Assembly (NCBI GenBank): GCA_964016885.1
Contig: OZ024740.1
Location: 206,274,001 to 206,338,000 of the forward strand
From: Eledone cirrhosa
Taxonomy: Eukaryota
Direction: 5' to 3'
Length of the DNA: 64,000 bases
This document shows positions 1 to 11,743 of the stretch, piece after piece (positions within the stretch are counted from its first letter, which is position 1; every line of letters starts with the position of its first letter). Made by a program: the position numbers and the translations under genes. The notes below the pieces were generated by a model, which saw nothing but the letters and a program-made list of their open reading frames with translations, did not search any database and was not told where the DNA came from.

Positions 1-71
1 ATACAGGGAGGTAACTCTATGCTTCAAAGCATGGCGTTTGACCCTCTACCGATACTGCCAATCCACCGCCT

Positions 72-720
72 TTATAAAAAATATAATAATATTATGCTTA
101 CAGAACGAAAACACAAACAAATATAATATATACAAAAGAAAAGAAGAAAAAGAAAAAAACACACAAGCAGGTAATACACACATTTAGGACCACATACAGC
201 AAAAGACAGGCGAAAGGGGTGGACAAACAAACAGCTACCAGAGCAAAAGATAACAATATAGCGAGGAGCACTGGGAAACCTCTCTAATAAATTTTGAGGC
301 AAGCCAGTACACTCGCAGCATTACCTTGGGTGATGGGAGGTGAGGTCCTGGAACAAGGAAGCACCCTCACGAGCTTCACCAGTTACCTCGGTTTGGCGAG
401 CCACCAGTGAAGATAAGAACCTCGCTGTCGGTAGCCCGACTCCCCCAAACGTCTCAAACGCCACAGGCTGGATAATGTAGTTAGCTGACAGAACACGGTA
501 TTTTAGGATTTTGTTCCGTTAAGCTGCGGATGCTGTAGCTCTCGCCCTTACCGCTGCATCCAGGATGTGGGAAGAAGCAAAAGAGTCACTAACTGTGACG
601 TCCCAGATAAGGCACCTGCTTCTTGACCAGGGGCACAGGGTAAGACCATCAGGTCCATCAATTCTAGACAACCCAGATGGTTCTAAAATTGACGGGATGT
701 TTGCCTGGGCTAAAGCTCAT
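72..720 (-). mobile_element. 5'-truncated CRE-clade non-LTR retrotransposon fragment (restriction-like endonuclease C-terminus plus probable 3' UTR)
   Basis: Manual - strand translation of about 720..298: ALAQANIPSILEPSGLSRIDG-PDGLTLCPWSRSRCLIWDVTVSDSFASSH...AA*RNKILKY...IQPVAFETFGGVG...GNAASV. This matches the CRE RLE pattern EPxGL-DG(KR)PDG-PW-LxWD-KY-PxAxETxG-GNA. One internal stop; 3' boundary approximate. Confidence 0.75.
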
Positions 721-826
721 AAGTGGTAATAGGACAGTGTGTGTATGTATGCACACGTCAGTTTGTCGGCGTTCTTGAATTAGAGACGTCTGTGTGTTAC
801 CGTTTTTAAGTTAGAGACATATATGT

Positions 827-2794
827 GTGTATCCTCTTCCTTCCTTTTACACACACATACATTCACACAAACACACAAGAAAATTCAAGCATGTTTTACA
901 ACGTGAGGACCAGAAACAGGAGGTATTCAAGATTGCGAGGCAGTGTGTCAGAGATAGTTGTGATGTCATTGGAGAGAAGTGTATCCGGAATGATAAAGGT
1001 GAGCTTGCCCTCACAAGTGCTGAGAAGAAAGATGCATGGAAGAGTCATTATGATAGATTACTAAATGAGGAGAATGCATGGGAAGAAGAGACCCTACCCC
1101 ACGTAGACCCTATAGAGGGACCAGCAGTACAAGTCAGCGGCAGCGTAGTAAGTAAGGCAATCAGAGATATGAAGATAGGGAAGGCAACCGGTCCATCGGG
1201 TATAGCTGCCGAGATGCTGAAGGCATCTGGGTCTGTAGGTCACACTATAACCACACGTATCGTTAACCAGGTAATACTAGAGGGGGCCATACCAAAAGAT
1301 TGGTGCAGTAGCATCATTGTCAACTGCTACAAAGGTAAAGGCGATGCACTAGATAGAGGAAACTATAGAGGTATAAAGTTGATGGACCAGGTCATGAAAG
1401 TAACAGAAAGAGTTATAGCACAGCTGATTAGGGACCGGGTGAATATAGACGAGATGCAATTTGGGTTTGTACCAGGGAAAGGCACCACTGATGCGCTCTT
1501 CCTTGTGAGGCAATTACAGGAAAAGTACCTAGCTAAAAGTAAGCCACTCTACTTGGCATTTGTCGACCTTGAGAAAGCCTTTGACAGAGTTCCACGTGCA
1601 GTAATCTGGTGGGCTCTTAGAAAACTAGGAGTAGATGAATGGCTTGTGAAAGCGGTACAAGCCATGTATAGGGGAGCAGTCAGCAAAGTTAGGATTGGCA
1701 ATGAGTATAGCGAGGAATTTAGCGTACAGGTTGGGGTCCACCAGGGCTCTGTTCTTAGCCCTCTCCTGTTCATCATAGTCCTGCAGGCAATAACGGAGGA
1801 GTTTAAGACCGGATGCCCATGGGAACTCCTGTATGCTGATGACCTCGCACTCATAGCTGAATCTATGGTAGAACTAGAGAATAAATTCCAAACCTGGAAG
1901 CAGGGACTAGAGAGAAAGGGCCTCAAAGTCAACATGACAAAGACTAAGGTCCTTATAAGTAGACGAGAAAACAGAACCCAGATCCCCTCAGGGAAATGGC
2001 CTTGCTCAGTATGTAGGAAAGGTGTAGGTAGGAACTCCATTCTTTGCCCCAAATGCAAACAATGGGTACACAAGAGATGTAGCGGGATCTCAGGAAGCTT
2101 AATTAAGAATGTAGGATTCACATGCAGCAGCTGTGCTGAAACAGCAAGCAAACAGCCACAGGAAACAAGTACCACCAATCTCTGGGAGGGCCCTGTAGAA
2201 ACAGTAGACAGCTTCTGCTACCTAGGTGACCGAATTAGCAACGGAGGTGGGTGCTCAGAAAGTACAATAACTAGGGTAAGAACGGGATGGAAGAAGTTTA
2301 GGGAACTACTACCACTGCTAGCTGCAAAAGGCTTCTCCCTCAGAATGAAAGGCAGACTGTATGATGCGTGTATCCGAACAGCGATGTTGCATGGTAGTGA
2401 GACCTGGGCGCTGAAGGTGGAAGACTTACGTAGATTAGAGAGAAACGAAGCCTGCATGCTCCGATGGATGTGTAACAGTAATATACGTGAACGACAAAGC
2501 ATAAATGAATTGAGAGAGAGACTGAGCATAAGAGGAATCAAATGCTGCGTGCAGGAGAGGCGGTTACGCTGGTATGGACATGTGATGCGTATGAAGGATG
2601 ACAGCTGCATAAAAAGGTGCAGAGCACTAGAAGTTGATGGAAACCGCGGAGTGGGGAGACCCAAGATGACTTGGGATGAGGTGATAAAAGCCGACCTTAC
2701 CCAACTACACCTCTCAAAGTCAATGACACACGACCGTGACTTCTGGCGTCACGCAGTAATACAGGGTACCCGACCTCCCATGGGTACATGCTGA
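827..2794 (+). CDS. RTE LINE ORF2 remnant: reverse transcriptase with an internal C4HC3 PHD-like finger; first ~15 codons are flanking microsatellite
   Basis: 655-aa ORF; YADD at about 1832-1843; CxxC-x10-CxxC-x4-HxxC-x14-CxxC at 1997-2134. Confidence 0.85.
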   Translation: MYPLPSFYTHIHSHKHTRKFKHVLQREDQKQEVFKIARQCVRDSCDVIGEKCIRNDKGELALTSAEKKDAWKSHYDRLLNEENAWEEETLPHVDPIEGPAVQVSGSVVSKAIRDMKIGKATGPSGIAAEMLKASGSVGHTITTRIVNQVILEGAIPKDWCSSIIVNCYKGKGDALDRGNYRGIKLMDQVMKVTERVIAQLIRDRVNIDEMQFGFVPGKGTTDALFLVRQLQEKYLAKSKPLYLAFVDLEKAFDRVPRAVIWWALRKLGVDEWLVKAVQAMYRGAVSKVRIGNEYSEEFSVQVGVHQGSVLSPLLFIIVLQAITEEFKTGCPWELLYADDLALIAESMVELENKFQTWKQGLERKGLKVNMTKTKVLISRRENRTQIPSGKWPCSVCRKGVGRNSILCPKCKQWVHKRCSGISGSLIKNVGFTCSSCAETASKQPQETSTTNLWEGPVETVDSFCYLGDRISNGGGCSESTITRVRTGWKKFRELLPLLAAKGFSLRMKGRLYDACIRTAMLHGSETWALKVEDLRRLERNEACMLRWMCNSNIRERQSINELRERLSIRGIKCCVQERRLRWYGHVMRMKDDSCIKRCRALEVDGNRGVGRPKMTWDEVIKADLTQLHLSKSMTHDRDFWRHAVIQGTRPPMGTC

Positions 2795-3095
2795 AGCATA
2801 TAAACAATATGCCCCCCCCCCCCACCGCAAGGTGGTCGTGGAGGTGCCACGGCAAAAAAGCACCCAGCCCACACTGTAAAGTGGATGTGTAGGCGCCACG
2901 AAAAAGCACCCAGCACTCACTGTAAATGAGGTTGGTGTTAGGAAGGGCATCCAGCTGTAGAAATCAAGCCAGATCAGTTCCTGTATGAGCAAGGCATGGT
3001 CAGCCGACCAGACACTGCCCACAACAGGACAACCCGTCTAACCCATGCTAGCGTGGAAGAACGGACGTAAAACGGTGATGATGATGATGATGATG
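872..3095 (+). mobile_element. Young 5'-truncated RTE-clade LINE with (GAT)n tail, in a TP53BP1 intron, sense orientation
   Basis: Uninterrupted ORF 827..2794 with RT motifs (KATGPSGI, NYRGIKL, QFGFVPGKGTTDA, AFVDLEKAFDRV, GVHQGSVLSPLLF, YADD, YLG, RRLRWYGHV, GRPKMTW). 3' end CCCATGCTAGCGTGGAAG...GATGATGAT; (CA)-rich flanks on both sides. No APE endonuclease domain present. Confidence 0.92.
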
Positions 3096-3139
3096 ACACA
3101 CACACACATTTTGTGATGGACGGAGGAACAGAAGTCGCT

Positions 3140-3760
3140 CAAATTTATATACATGTGAATGGAGTTTCACTGAAGCAGGTAGAGAAGTTCAAGTATCTCA
3201 TGGCCATGTTCATGAGTCATGGAAAGCAGGAGGCTGAATTAAGTGCAAGAATTGCAAAAGCTGATGCAGTAATGCACCAGCTTCAGTAATCAGGGAGATA
3301 GGTAAAAGCGAAACTCGCTGTATTCCTACCAACCCTTACTGGGGGGGTCATGAATCTTGGGTAATGACTATAATTTCAAATACAAGCGGCCGAAATGATG
3401 TTCCTCCTAATGATCTTTGGAGTAACATTACTTGATAGAGTACGTAGCTCAGAGGTCAGAGCGTCATTCCTGGTAGAGTCACTACTTCTCCAGATTGAGA
3501 GATCACAGCTCCGATACTATGGGCATGTGGTTAGAATGTCACAGGAAAGAATCGCTGGACAGATTTGGCAAAACCAACTGGCAAAAGATCCAGAAGTAGA
3601 CCCTGAGCAAGATAGTTGGATAACATCCATGAGCTTGGCTGGTCATGCTTTGGGATCCAGCTGGATCAGTTAGAGGTTTGCTTCTGACAGACTCATTAGA
3701 AGGAATGTTTGAGAAGGACTCTGCCCTCACGACCCTCAGAATTAAGTGGGCAAAGAAGAT
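3140..3760 (+). mobile_element. Degenerate RTE-type LINE 3' fragment (different subfamily)
   Basis: LKQVEKFKYL..., IQAAEMMFL..IFGVTLLDRVRSSEVR, IERSQLRYYGHVVRM, with stops and frameshifts. Confidence 0.7.
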
Positions 3761-3822
3761 ATTGTCAATTTAATTTTCAATTTACATATCATGTCTATAT
3801 GCATATATATATATATATATAT

Positions 3823-4165
3823 GGAAGCACATGGCTTAGTGGTTAGAGCATTGGCCTTGCAATCGAAAGGTTGTGAGTTCAATTCTCAGACTGGGTGATG
3901 TGTTGTTTCCTTGAGCAAGACACTTTATTTCACATTGCTCCAGTTTACTCAGCTGTAGAAATGAAATGATAGGACTGGGGTCCCTATCATTCCACTGCAA
4001 AATGGTCGTGGAGGTGCCACAACAAAAAAGCACCCAGCACTCACTGTAAATGAGGTCGGTGTTCGGAAGGGCATCCAGCTGTAGAAATCAAGCCAGAATC
4101 AGTTCCCGTCCCACCCTTGCAAGCAGGGAAAAGCGGACGTAAAATAATGATGATGATGATGATGA
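3823..4165 (+). mobile_element. tRNA-derived CORE-like SINE with RTE-type (GAT)n tail
   Basis: A box TGGCTTAGTGG, B box GAGTTCAATTC, CORE-like CTTGAGCAAGACACTTTATTTCAC...CAGCTGTAGAAATG; 3' end shared with the RTE at 872-3095. Antisense copies at 10614-10940 and 19883-20302. Confidence 0.75.
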
Positions 4166-4929
4166 TATACGTATAATACCAATATGCACACTACATATGC
4201 TAACAGAAAACTGCCCGAAGGCGGTTCTTCTGGTAGTATAAATTAAAAGAAATAAGTTAAATGTTAACTTAAATGTAAAAACACATCTAATAAATTGTCT
4301 TGAATATTTGTCAATTATGCTATCACCACACTGGCTAATTTCCTCTTCCCATCTTTTATAGGGGTATCTCTAGGGCTACTTTATCCAGTGTGTTCTTTCC
4401 TTATTTAAGATGGTAGTGTGTAATTTGATACAGACTCTCTGTTTTTCTCTGTAGCACATTTTCACAGATAGATGGTCTGAGTACTTTGAGAGTTTATCTT
4501 GTTTATATATTCAACTTAGTGAACAGATTCAAACCACTGGACTCTCAATTGGTTATCTATAAAGTGGTAGTGCTGGTGCCATGATAAAATGTACCTAGTA
4601 AACTCTGTAAAGTGGGTGGCATTGGGAAGGGCATCCAGCCATAGCTACCATGCCAAAAGTGGAATATATAAGTGAGATTTGGTTCCCTAACATGTCCAGC
4701 CTCATACCATAACAACTTGCCTAACCCTTGTCTGTATAGAAAACAGACAAGTCTGTACATAGAAAATTAACAAAATTACTAACAAATATAGTTGATAACC
4801 CTCTTGTATGATTAACTCAAAATAATGTGAATAGATAAACATGACATTTGACAGAACAATTAATGTAAATGCTAAAGGTTAAACGATGATATTGATGATG
4901 ACATTGATATAAATTATATATTGATCAAT

Positions 4930-5399
4930 CATCATCATCATCGTTTAACGTCTATCTTCCACGCTAGCATGGGTTAGATGGGAATTGTCCCACTTGAGGC
5001 AAGATTGATTGGGTGACCGTGTCTCGCTCGTATAGAAGTGTAACTAGCAGGTTTTCTACGGTTGGATGCTCTTCCTAACACCAACCACATTTACAGTGTG
5101 GACTGGGAGCCTTTTTACTGTGTCTCCTACACGACCAAATTACAACATAGACTGGGTGTTTTTTTGTCGTGACACCTACACAACCTCTTTAGTTTGGACT
5201 GGATGTTGTGGTACCAACATAACTTTACAGAGAAAGGGTGGTGTTGGTGGGAGTGAGAGGATGGAGTAGGGGTAGTAGGTTGGGGTGTATATTTGGTTAA
5301 GAGGTGCCTACTGACTAGGTTAACTTTGTATGTAGGGAAGGTGGGTCTTCTGTATTACTGCGTAGCGCCAAAAGTCTCGATCCAGTGACATTGTCTTAC
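4930..5399 (-). mobile_element. RTE 3'-end fragment, antisense
   Basis: (CAT)n followed by the reverse complement of the sequence at 7900-8347. Confidence 0.75.
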
Positions 5400-5678
5400 A
5401 TCAATATGTATGTTTATTACATGATGGTATTGATGATGACATTGATATAAATTATATATTAATCAATATGTGTGTTTATTTGTTTACTTCATTTCTAAAT
5501 ACTTTATTTAATAATATATAATAAAAATTATTGTGTACAGTGCTCAGGGGCACTACAACTCATCAAATGTGCATGTATAGTACATAGAATATTATAGTAA
5601 TATTAATTTTCTGTTTTTGTTGTCTCGTTTGCTTACATAGTTCCCATTCCTTTCTGATTTTACACTTTACATCTACAG

Positions 5679-6980
5679 CAGCACCAAGGGGACCTTCCAT
5701 CTCAGTTAAACTTACCAGAATCATTTCAAGAAGCTAATCCATTTGATTCACAACACTTTAAGAATCAACGGAAGAACCTGCTAGGTTCAAAACACGGTGA
5801 AAATTCCCAGAAAGAGAAACAGGATAACAAATCTTATCCATCAGCCTCAATGTCAGTCTCTTCTGTTGAAGGTTGTAGCTCCAAAATTTCTAATGAGGAA
5901 GATTTACCTAAAAAAACAACTCTTGACAGTTGTCCACAAGAAACCTTTACCAAGATTCAAGATAAGAAGGATACATTATCTTCAGATAGAAATTGTTCTT
6001 TAATTTATCAAGATGTGAAACAATATTTTGGTCAGAAACGACTGTCTGCTGGCCAGTTTTCTAGTCAGGGTGTTATGAATATAGGAGCTGGAGACTCTAA
6101 TGCTAACTCCCAGGAAGATGAAAAGGAAAAACAAAGATCAGCATCTCTACCAGATAAATTAATTTCATCAAAATCTAAACCAGAAACTCAGCCTAATGTT
6201 GAAGAAGTGTATAAAAATAAAGTAAAAAGAATGGATGATATTTCGCAAAGTCCTAATAGTGATGAAATTGTGACTACTGAAAATAATTTGCCTATAAAGC
6301 TTGCACGAGGTTCAGAAGAAAATAATAATTCTAATGCCAAGGAATCCAAAGTAGAAGATGATGAAACTAATGATTTTAAGATGTCTAGCCAAATGTCGAT
6401 TAGAAATAAATCAGAGAAAAGTCTTTCAGTATCCCTGCCCGGCAAAATACCAGGTCAGCTTCCATGTACCATTGGTACTACTACAGTGTCTAGTTGGACT
6501 TCATGTCCTGTGATTAAATCATCTAAAACTATGACACTACCTGGGCAGTCTTCATGTCCCATGGGGGAATCATCGAGGATTACTACAGTGCCTAGTCGGT
6601 CTTCATGCATCATGAGTGAAACATCTAGGGCTATATCAGAGATAACCCACATTGAAGCACCTATAATGCCAACAACAGAAATGGAAAATACTACTATGAT
6701 GAAATCATCATTAAATATCTTAAGAAAACAATATTCTTCCCCTCTTGTTGCCAGAAACAACCAAGTATCAAGAAGTCAATCTCTTCAACAAGATGACATT
6801 TCTATTGTGCAACCTGTTACAGCTGTCACTTGCAACATTGTAGATAATGAAACACAGCTTATTCTGACACAAGATGTAAATATTGGTGCATGCACCTCCA
6901 AGGATCCTTATGTATTTCCAGATTCTCAAACTAAATGCAAGACTACTGTTGTCACAACCAAAAAACGACAAAAGGTACAA
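5679..6980 (+). CDS. TP53BP1: 53BP1 orthologue, internal exon (first in window): S/T-Q-rich low-complexity N-terminal region
   Basis: Acceptor ...tacatctacAG|CAG (NAGNAG, alternative start 5682); 434 open codons containing ORF 5850..6998; donor CAA|GTAAGA, phase 0; about 12 SQ/TQ motifs. Confidence 0.8.
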
Positions 6981-7278
6981 GTAAGAAAACTCTTCTAAAT
7001 CATGATTTAAATCTTCTAAGTTGAAACTTTATTTAATGCCAGCATTTATTAATAATTGCAGATTTTCTATCTTGATACCAAACCATCTGAAACATAAATC
7101 TGGTTCTATGATATAAAACTGTTTTAAAGTGTTTATTTTTATCTAAAAACATTCCATCATAATTTTTTGTAAGAACATTTATTATGTTGTGTTTTAAGCA
7201 TCAGTGTAATAATGATGAAGCTAGCTAATTTACTAAATTACTCCAAATTCTTGATTATTTTCAAAATTATTTGAAAAT

Positions 7279-8347
7279 GTAGTGGGATCACAAGTAAGCT
7301 AACTAAGAATATAGATTTTATATGTGGCCAGTGCTCTAGCAGCAAATGCCCACAGAATACTAGCTCATTCCATTGCCCAGATGGTTCTATAGAAATAGTG
7401 GATACCTTCTGTTACCTGGGTGACAAAGTCAGCAGTGGTGGAGGTTGCTCCGAAAGTACAGTAGCTAGAGTCAGAACGGGATGGAAAAAGTTTAGAGAGC
7501 TTATACCACTATTGGCCGCTAAGGGTTTCTCTCTAAAAATTAAGGGCAGGCTGTATGATGCCTGCATACGAACAGCGGTGTTACATGGCAGTGAGACATG
7601 GGCCTTGTGTGCAGAGGATCTACGCAGACTGGAGAGGAACGAAGCTTGCATGCTCCGCTGGATGTGTAATAGTAATATACGTGAACGGCAAAGCATAAAT
7701 GAACTAAGTGAGAAATTAGGAATAAGAGGGATCAGATGCTGTTTACTTGAGAGAAGACTACGTTGGTGATGTACATGAAAGACGACAGCTGTATAAAAAA
7801 GTGCAGGGCGATCAAAATAGACGGTAGCTACGGAGTAGGCAGACCCAGAAAAACCCGGGATGACTTGATAAATTCCGACCTCACACACTTGCACCTCTCC
7901 AAGACAATGTCACTGGACCGAGATCTTTGGTAATACAGAAGACCCGCCTTGCCTAAGTACAAAGCGAAACCTACAGTCAGTAGGCACCTCTTAACCAAAA
8001 TAGACCCCCGTCCCAACCCTACCCCCTCCTTCATCTACACCACCCCTTTCGATGTAAAGCTATGTTGGTACCACAACATCCAGTCCTAAATAAATGAGGT
8101 CGTGTAGGTGTCACGACAAAAAAACACACAGTCCACGTTGTAATGTGGCCGTGTAGGTAACACGGTAAAAACCTCCCAGTCCACACTGTAAACGTGGTTG
8201 GTGTTAAGAAGGGCATCCAGCCGTAGAAAACCCGCCAGACAGTCCTGAACAAGACAACCAATCTTGCCTCAAGTGGGACAATTCCCGTCCAGACCCATGC
8301 TAGCGTGGAAGATAGACGTTAAACGATGATGATGATGATGATGATGA
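7279..8347 (+). mobile_element. 5'-truncated RTE LINE copy, same family as 872-3095, with 10-bp TSD ATTTGAAAAT
   Basis: ORF 7398..7769 is nearly identical to the C-terminus of the first RTE; (GAT)n tail; TSD at 7269-7278 and 8347-8356. Confidence 0.88.
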
Positions 8348-8609
8348 TTTGAAAATCATAAGCAGTGTTTTCCGTTAGAAATATGGTAACAAAAGGTTAA
8401 TACAGGGGTAGTGGTTAGACTGACTGAGGTTAAAGGTCTGTGTGTGTTGATATACAACTATTTAAGAACATGGAGACAATCTCATTCAGGTTTCTCTACA
8501 GGCCCAGGAAAGTTTGGAATGATGGCAATTGCTCTGAAAGAGTTTTGGGTTAATAGTATAGAAGATAAGGAAGAGCAGGACAAAATATGGAAAGACAGCT
8601 GTCTATTAA

Positions 8610-8826
8610 CCCTTTAGCATTAAACCGGCCATATCATGCCAGAATGCTCTCACCTCTTTCTGTTCAAGCCAGCGGTAACTGATCGCTCATACTTATGTTA
8701 AGGAATTGTTCTCAAAATAAATAATATCAAAATCTCATAGATTTGAAACTGTGAGATAATTATATGAGATAAAGCCTTTATTGTGAAAATACAATAGTAG
8801 ATATAGAGTAGTGTAATACTAAAGGG
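8610..8826. mobile_element. piggyBac-type MITE (~210 bp), TTAA|CCCTTTAGCATT...AATGCTAAAGGG|TTAA
   Basis: TTAA TSD, CCC/GGG termini, short TIRs. Other copies at 15689-15879, 18508-18723, 31407-31614, 48445-48654, 48749-48969, 50791-50993, and a partial at about 39775-39840. Confidence 0.8.
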
Positions 8827-8937
8827 TTAAAGAAAATTTGTTGTCATTGTTGTGCTTTTTTATTTTGTTTTTTGTTTTGGTCACTCTTATTTCATTGATT
8901 TTTTTTCTCTTATCAAATTTTTTCATCCCTATTGCAG

Positions 8938-9255
8938 TTAGCCACTAAGTCTATACAAAAGAAGAATTTGAAGAAACTCCTGCCAAAAAAGGGTACAATT
9001 TTTGCTCGTAACCGAGGTGTTCGTAAAGACCGTAAAAGTCCTGTTTATAGAGTACGATTTGAAGCTATACGTAAAAGAGGTCGTAAACCTTTAACTTTGA
9101 ACAGCAATTCAGCATTCTTAAAAGTTCCATCTCATAAAGATATTGACTCTATTTTATCTGCCAACATACATAACAAAGGTGATAAAACACCGAGTTCTAG
9201 TGATGGAGGATCACAGACCAAGGAACTGCAACAGCAGCAATGTTCACTTTATACA
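8938..9255 (+). CDS. TP53BP1: 53BP1 exon: basic segment (RNRGVRKDRK, RKRGRKP)
   Basis: Polypyrimidine tract + ttgcAG|TTA; donor ACA|GTATGT; phases 0/0; lies within ORF 8932..9285. Confidence 0.8.
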
Positions 9256-9274
9256 GTATGTAAATTATATTTTG

Positions 9275-9474
9275 ATGAAATTTAGCAGAAATAGAAGCTT
9301 TTGCAGAAATAGAAGCTTTTGCAGAAATTTAGCTTTATAGTGGAGTTTAAAACCCTCTAAAATAGAAAAGGATGAGTATTGACGTTTTCCATTTTAGAGG
9401 GTTTTAAACCCCACTATCAGGCTAATTTTCTCTAGTCAAAATACTACGAAAGCTTCTAATTCTAATAAATTTCA
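9275..9474. repeat. ~200-bp imperfect fold-back (MITE-like)
   Basis: AATTTAGCTTTATAGTGGAGTTTAAAACCCTCTAAAAT pairs with ATTTTAGAGGGTTTTAAACCCCACTATCAGGCTAATT; outer arms TGAAATTTAGCAGAAATAGAAGCTTT and AAAGCTTCTAATTCTAATAAATTTCA. Confidence 0.75.
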
Positions 9475-10295
9475 AACTTCACTCACTGTTTTCAAAACAA
9501 ACGCTTGCTTTATATTTATATGACTTCATTTTTTTTTTCTTCATTTTTTCTTTTTATTTTCTTTTTCTTTTTCTTTTCTTTTTTTCTTTTTTTCTTTTTT
9601 TCTTTTTTTCTTTTTTTCTTTTTTTCTTTTTTTCTTTTTTTCTTTTTGCATGTGAAACCACATAATTGTAAAGTGAACTTTTTAATCAGACACCCACAAA
9701 CACTCACACAGATGTGTTGTTTTTCTCTCTTCCTCTGAATTAGTTATTTAGGTACATACTGCCATCTGCCCATGATTATTTGAAAAACTAAAAATGCTAT
9801 AAATCCCAGTGGAAGGAAGCCACAATAGAGGATAACCAAGAAAGACCTGAGCAGAGGTTGTGAGTGATGACTTCAAATTGCTAAGGCTGGCAGAGGAGAT
9901 GACAAAGGAATGTAACAAATGGAGAGATACCATGCTGAGAAGGAGCTTTCCAACCCATGCAAGCATGGAAAAGCGAACGAAAAACAATGATGATGATGAT
10001 TTCTCTTCCTCTTGTCATCCCTACTCTATTTCATCAAATTCTATACAAAATATTTTGCCCAAACCTTTCTTTCCAGAGCTGTAGCTCTTTGAAATTCCCT
10101 TTGATACATCAACTTCCAGATCAGTGTTCAGACTCAGCATCAAATATAATAGTTATCAATAGTTCCTATCCTATATTACTCTCATCTATCTAATATCCAT
10201 AAACATAATCACATCTCTCCATATTACTGTCTGTCTACTTGAACATGTACAATAACTGTATCTATTAAATATTTTATTATGACTTTAATTTTCAG

Positions 10296-10415
10296 AATCT
10301 TAAAAAGGTTCTTCAAAGAAAAATTACAGAAGAAACTGTTGTACAGATTGTGTACCGTAAAATCACAGTGGAAATGTTAAGAAATTCTCAGGTTATTGAT
10401 CGTCGAGTTATTGTG
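10296..10415 (+). CDS. TP53BP1: 53BP1 exon: oligomerisation domain
   Basis: ttttcAG|AAT...GTG|GTAAG; NLKKVLQRKITEETVVQIVYRKITVEMLRNSQVIDRRVIV resembles the human OD (RTIREVRTLVTRVITDVYYVDGTEVERKV); absent from the ORF track. Confidence 0.85.
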
Positions 10416-11743
10416 GTAAGTAGTTATTTAGCCCTCTTGACACTTAACCTCCTGTACTATCCTGTACCACATTCTTGAAAAGTACAAAACAGCATTATGA
10501 CTGCATTACATTAAATACAGAGGACTTTGGCAGCGATGTATTTGTTTTGCAAGGTTTTTTATATGAAATTGTGTGTTGAAATGGATATTGTTATATTTGG
10601 GGAGGGTCATGTTCATCATCATCATCATCATTTTACGTCCGCTTTTCCCTGCTTGCAAGGGTGGGACGGGAACTGATTCTGGCTTGATTTCTACAGCTGG
10701 ATGCCCTTCCTAACACCAACCTCATTTACAGTGAGTGCTGGGTGCTTTTTTGCCGTGGCACCTCCACAACCACTTTGCAGTGGAATGATAGGGACCCCAG
10801 TCCCTATCATCTCATTTCTACAGCTGAGTAAACTGGAGCAATGTGAAATAAAGTCTCTTGCTCAAGGAAACAACACATCACCCGGTCTGAGAATTGAACT
10901 CTCAACCTTTCGATTGCAAGGCCAATGCTCTAACCACTAATAATTGCCAGAAATAATAAAATACACTCACTGTTTGGTTTGGTTTTCGCTTCAGTATATT
11001 TTTATATCATTATAAATAATTTAGCTGGTAATCAATGTTTATCATTGACTATTCGAACCATACATCACTTTAACGAAGTATATCTGATTTTCGCCAACAA
11101 ACCACGTGTAAATAAATCACTACATCCCTTAAGGATCACAGTAATTACTTCCCAAATTCTATAAACAACAATATACACACAGATTTATATATAGATACAT
11201 ATTACACATGCATATACACACAAACTATATACTATTTCATGTGAGAAACACTATACCGGCCATCGTACGTACATTATAAAACCATTCTGAACATTGACTT
11301 CATTTCTAACCCACATACACCATTTAATTATATATATACATGCATAGATCTTTTTGTATATACATACACAAAACATAAGAAAGCGGAAACAAAAAAAAAA
11401 AACATCAACAAACATTTTATTTATCTCGTTAACAAGTGTGCTAAACTTACGCAGGTTATCTATTTGTTTACATTTTGTTCTACTGTATGGATGGACAGAC
11501 AACAAAATTGCTACTGTGACATCCATGGACATCTTAATTTTATCTCAGAATTTTTTCTGAAGTTCCAAACATAAAAATAAAATTAATTTATTGTACTTAC
11601 AACAAAATTAGTGATTTTACGAAGTCCCTTCAAATTTATTTTACTTATTTTCAAAATTAATTGGAAAATATAGGTAATATATCTCAACAGTAATATGGTA
11701 GTGAAAGGGTTAAAATGATAATCCTTTTTGAGGAACAAACTTA

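Noticed and set aside
300-470. HDV-like ribozyme upstream of the RTE
   Set aside because: I could not build the nested pseudoknot; the region is explained as antisense CRE coding sequence.
1549-2664. Antisense ORFs of 209 and 148 aa
   Set aside because: Shadows of the RTE reverse transcriptase frame, with no recognisable motifs.
3823-3895. tRNA gene (also about 17145-17215)
   Set aside because: A and B boxes are present but there is no complete cloverleaf, and the sequence continues into SINE body; these are SINE heads.
4199-4237. GC-rich hairpin AACTGCC-cgaa-GGCGGTT with outer stem
   Set aside because: Short, single occurrence and no recognisable RNA family; possibly a transposon subterminal hairpin but unsupported.
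4890-5467. Apparent 40-bp TSD around the antisense RTE tail
   Set aside because: Better explained as insertion (short TSD ATCAAT) into the first copy of a pre-existing ~62-bp tandem duplication.
5641-5678. Alternative acceptor at 5640 for the first 53BP1 exon
   Set aside because: Introduces an in-frame TGA; the acceptor at 5678 or 5681 is preferred.
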